Shown piece by piece: positions 63,242 through 64,000 of a stretch of DNA of 64,000 nt. The stretch covers positions 1,672 through 65,671 of the forward strand of contig JAGCXA010000006.1 in NCBI GenBank assembly GCA_017961575.1. The letters are read 5' to 3'. Under the pieces are notes generated by a model that saw nothing but the letters and a program-made list of their open reading frames with translations, had not been told where the DNA came from and did no database searches. A program made the translations under genes and the position numbers. The DNA is from Clostridia bacterium. GTDB taxonomy: Bacteria; Bacillota; Clostridia; Oscillospirales; CAG-272. Numbering within the stretch: position 1 is the stretch's first letter; the number at the start of each line of letters is the position of its first letter.

Positions 63242-64000
63242 ATGGCAAACGAAAAATTCTATCTGACGACGGCGATCGCGTACGCGTCGAGCAAACCGCA
63301 TATGGGGAACACGTACGAGATCATTATGTCCGACGCCGTCGCGCGCTTCCGCCGTCAGACGGGCTACGACGTGTATTTCTGCACGGGTACCGACGAACAC
63401 GGTCAGAAGATCGAGAACCGCGCCAAGGACGCGGGACTGTCTCCGCAGGAGTACGTCGACGGCGTCGCCGGGGTGATCCGCGGCGTCTGGGACTGTATGG
63501 GGTCGAGTTACGACCGCTTCATCCGCACGACCGAGCCGGGACACGTCCGCGCGGTGCAGAAGATCTTCCGGCGTTTCTACGAAAAGGGCGATATTTACAA
63601 GGGTCATTACGAGGGATGGTACTGCACTCCCTGCGAATCTTTCTTCACGAATACGCAGATCGTCGACGGCAAGTGTCCCGACTGCGGCGCCCCCGTCACG
63701 CAGGCGCGCGAAGAGGCGTACTTCTTCAAAATGTCCGCCTACGCCGATCGGCTCATCAAGTACATCGAGGATCACCCCGGCTTCATTCAGCCCGAATCTC
63801 GCAAAAATGAGATGATGAACAACTTTCTCAAAGTCGGGTTGCAGGACCTTTGCGTTTCGCGCACCAGTTTCAAATGGGGGATCCCGGTCGACTTCGACGA
63901 TAAGCACGTCGTTTACGTCTGGCTTGACGCGCTGACCAACTATATCACCGCGATCGGCTACGATCCCGACAAGAGTTACGAGGAGCAGTCCGAGCAGTTC
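63242..64000 (+). CDS. metG: methionine--tRNA ligase, N-terminal 253 codons; continues past window end
   Basis: Own translation from ATG 63242: MANEKFYLTTAIAYASSKPHMGNTYE (HIGH-type region), zinc knuckles CTPCESF...CPDCGAP, VWLDALTNY. Missing from the ORF track because it is truncated. Confidence 0.9.
   Translation, partial: MANEKFYLTTAIAYASSKPHMGNTYEIIMSDAVARFRRQTGYDVYFCTGTDEHGQKIENRAKDAGLSPQEYVDGVAGVIRGVWDCMGSSYDRFIRTTEPGHVRAVQKIFRRFYEKGDIYKGHYEGWYCTPCESFFTNTQIVDGKCPDCGAPVTQAREEAYFFKMSAYADRLIKYIEDHPGFIQPESRKNEMMNNFLKVGLQDLCVSRTSFKWGIPVDFDDKHVVYVWLDALTNYITAIGYDPDKSYEEQSEQF

Overview
This is a GC-rich (roughly 60% by eye) chromosomal segment from a spore-forming Firmicute, probably of the class Clostridia. 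Supporting signs are spoIVA, the ricT-holB / rsmI / metG housekeeping neighbourhood, GGAGG-type ribosome-binding sites (RBS), and near-consensus sigma-A promoters with 16-18 nt spacers, often with a TGn extended -10. I call 59 protein-coding genes. Two are cut by the window edges: pheA on the left and metG on the right. I also call one leader-peptide ORF, two tRNA-Leu genes (CAA on the minus strand, UAG on the plus strand), 19 promoters and 14 hairpin terminators. The content is mostly core functions (rsmI, holB, queA, dapA, tcdA, lepA, hemW, htpG, asnA, dxs, metG), envelope and osmotic genes (mscS, mscL, and LtaS-, PlsC-, DagK- and CapD-like genes), and sugar-acid or polysaccharide genes. I saw no rRNA, CRISPR array, transposase, integrase, phage gene or recognisable defence or toxin gene, so this is not an obvious accessory island and I cannot point to a clear novel multi-gene system. 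The observations most worth follow-up are: (1) an unannotated 34-codon Phe/Tyr-rich leader ORF with a terminator/antiterminator upstream of pheA; (2) an AraC-linked six-gene operon that joins UxuA/UxuB to a Gfo/Idh/MocA dehydrogenase, two xylose-isomerase-like TIM-barrel proteins and a MIF-type tautomerase, with no UxaC; (3) a fusion of a helix-turn-helix (HTH) module to a GalAK-like kinase, sitting beside ugd and a PMM-like HAD-IIB gene; (4) both tRNA-Leu genes ending inside long perfect hairpins and followed by tRNA-derived fragments and direct repeats; (5) an orphan, highly structured intergenic block of about 250 nt at 47225-47470; (6) a translationally coupled operon of rluA, a nucleotidyltransferase (NTase), tcdA, an exported protein, a TPR protein and a second NTase. 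The many long ORFs antisense to real genes in the ORF track are GC-driven artefacts. All family assignments come from motif recognition by eye; no searches were run.
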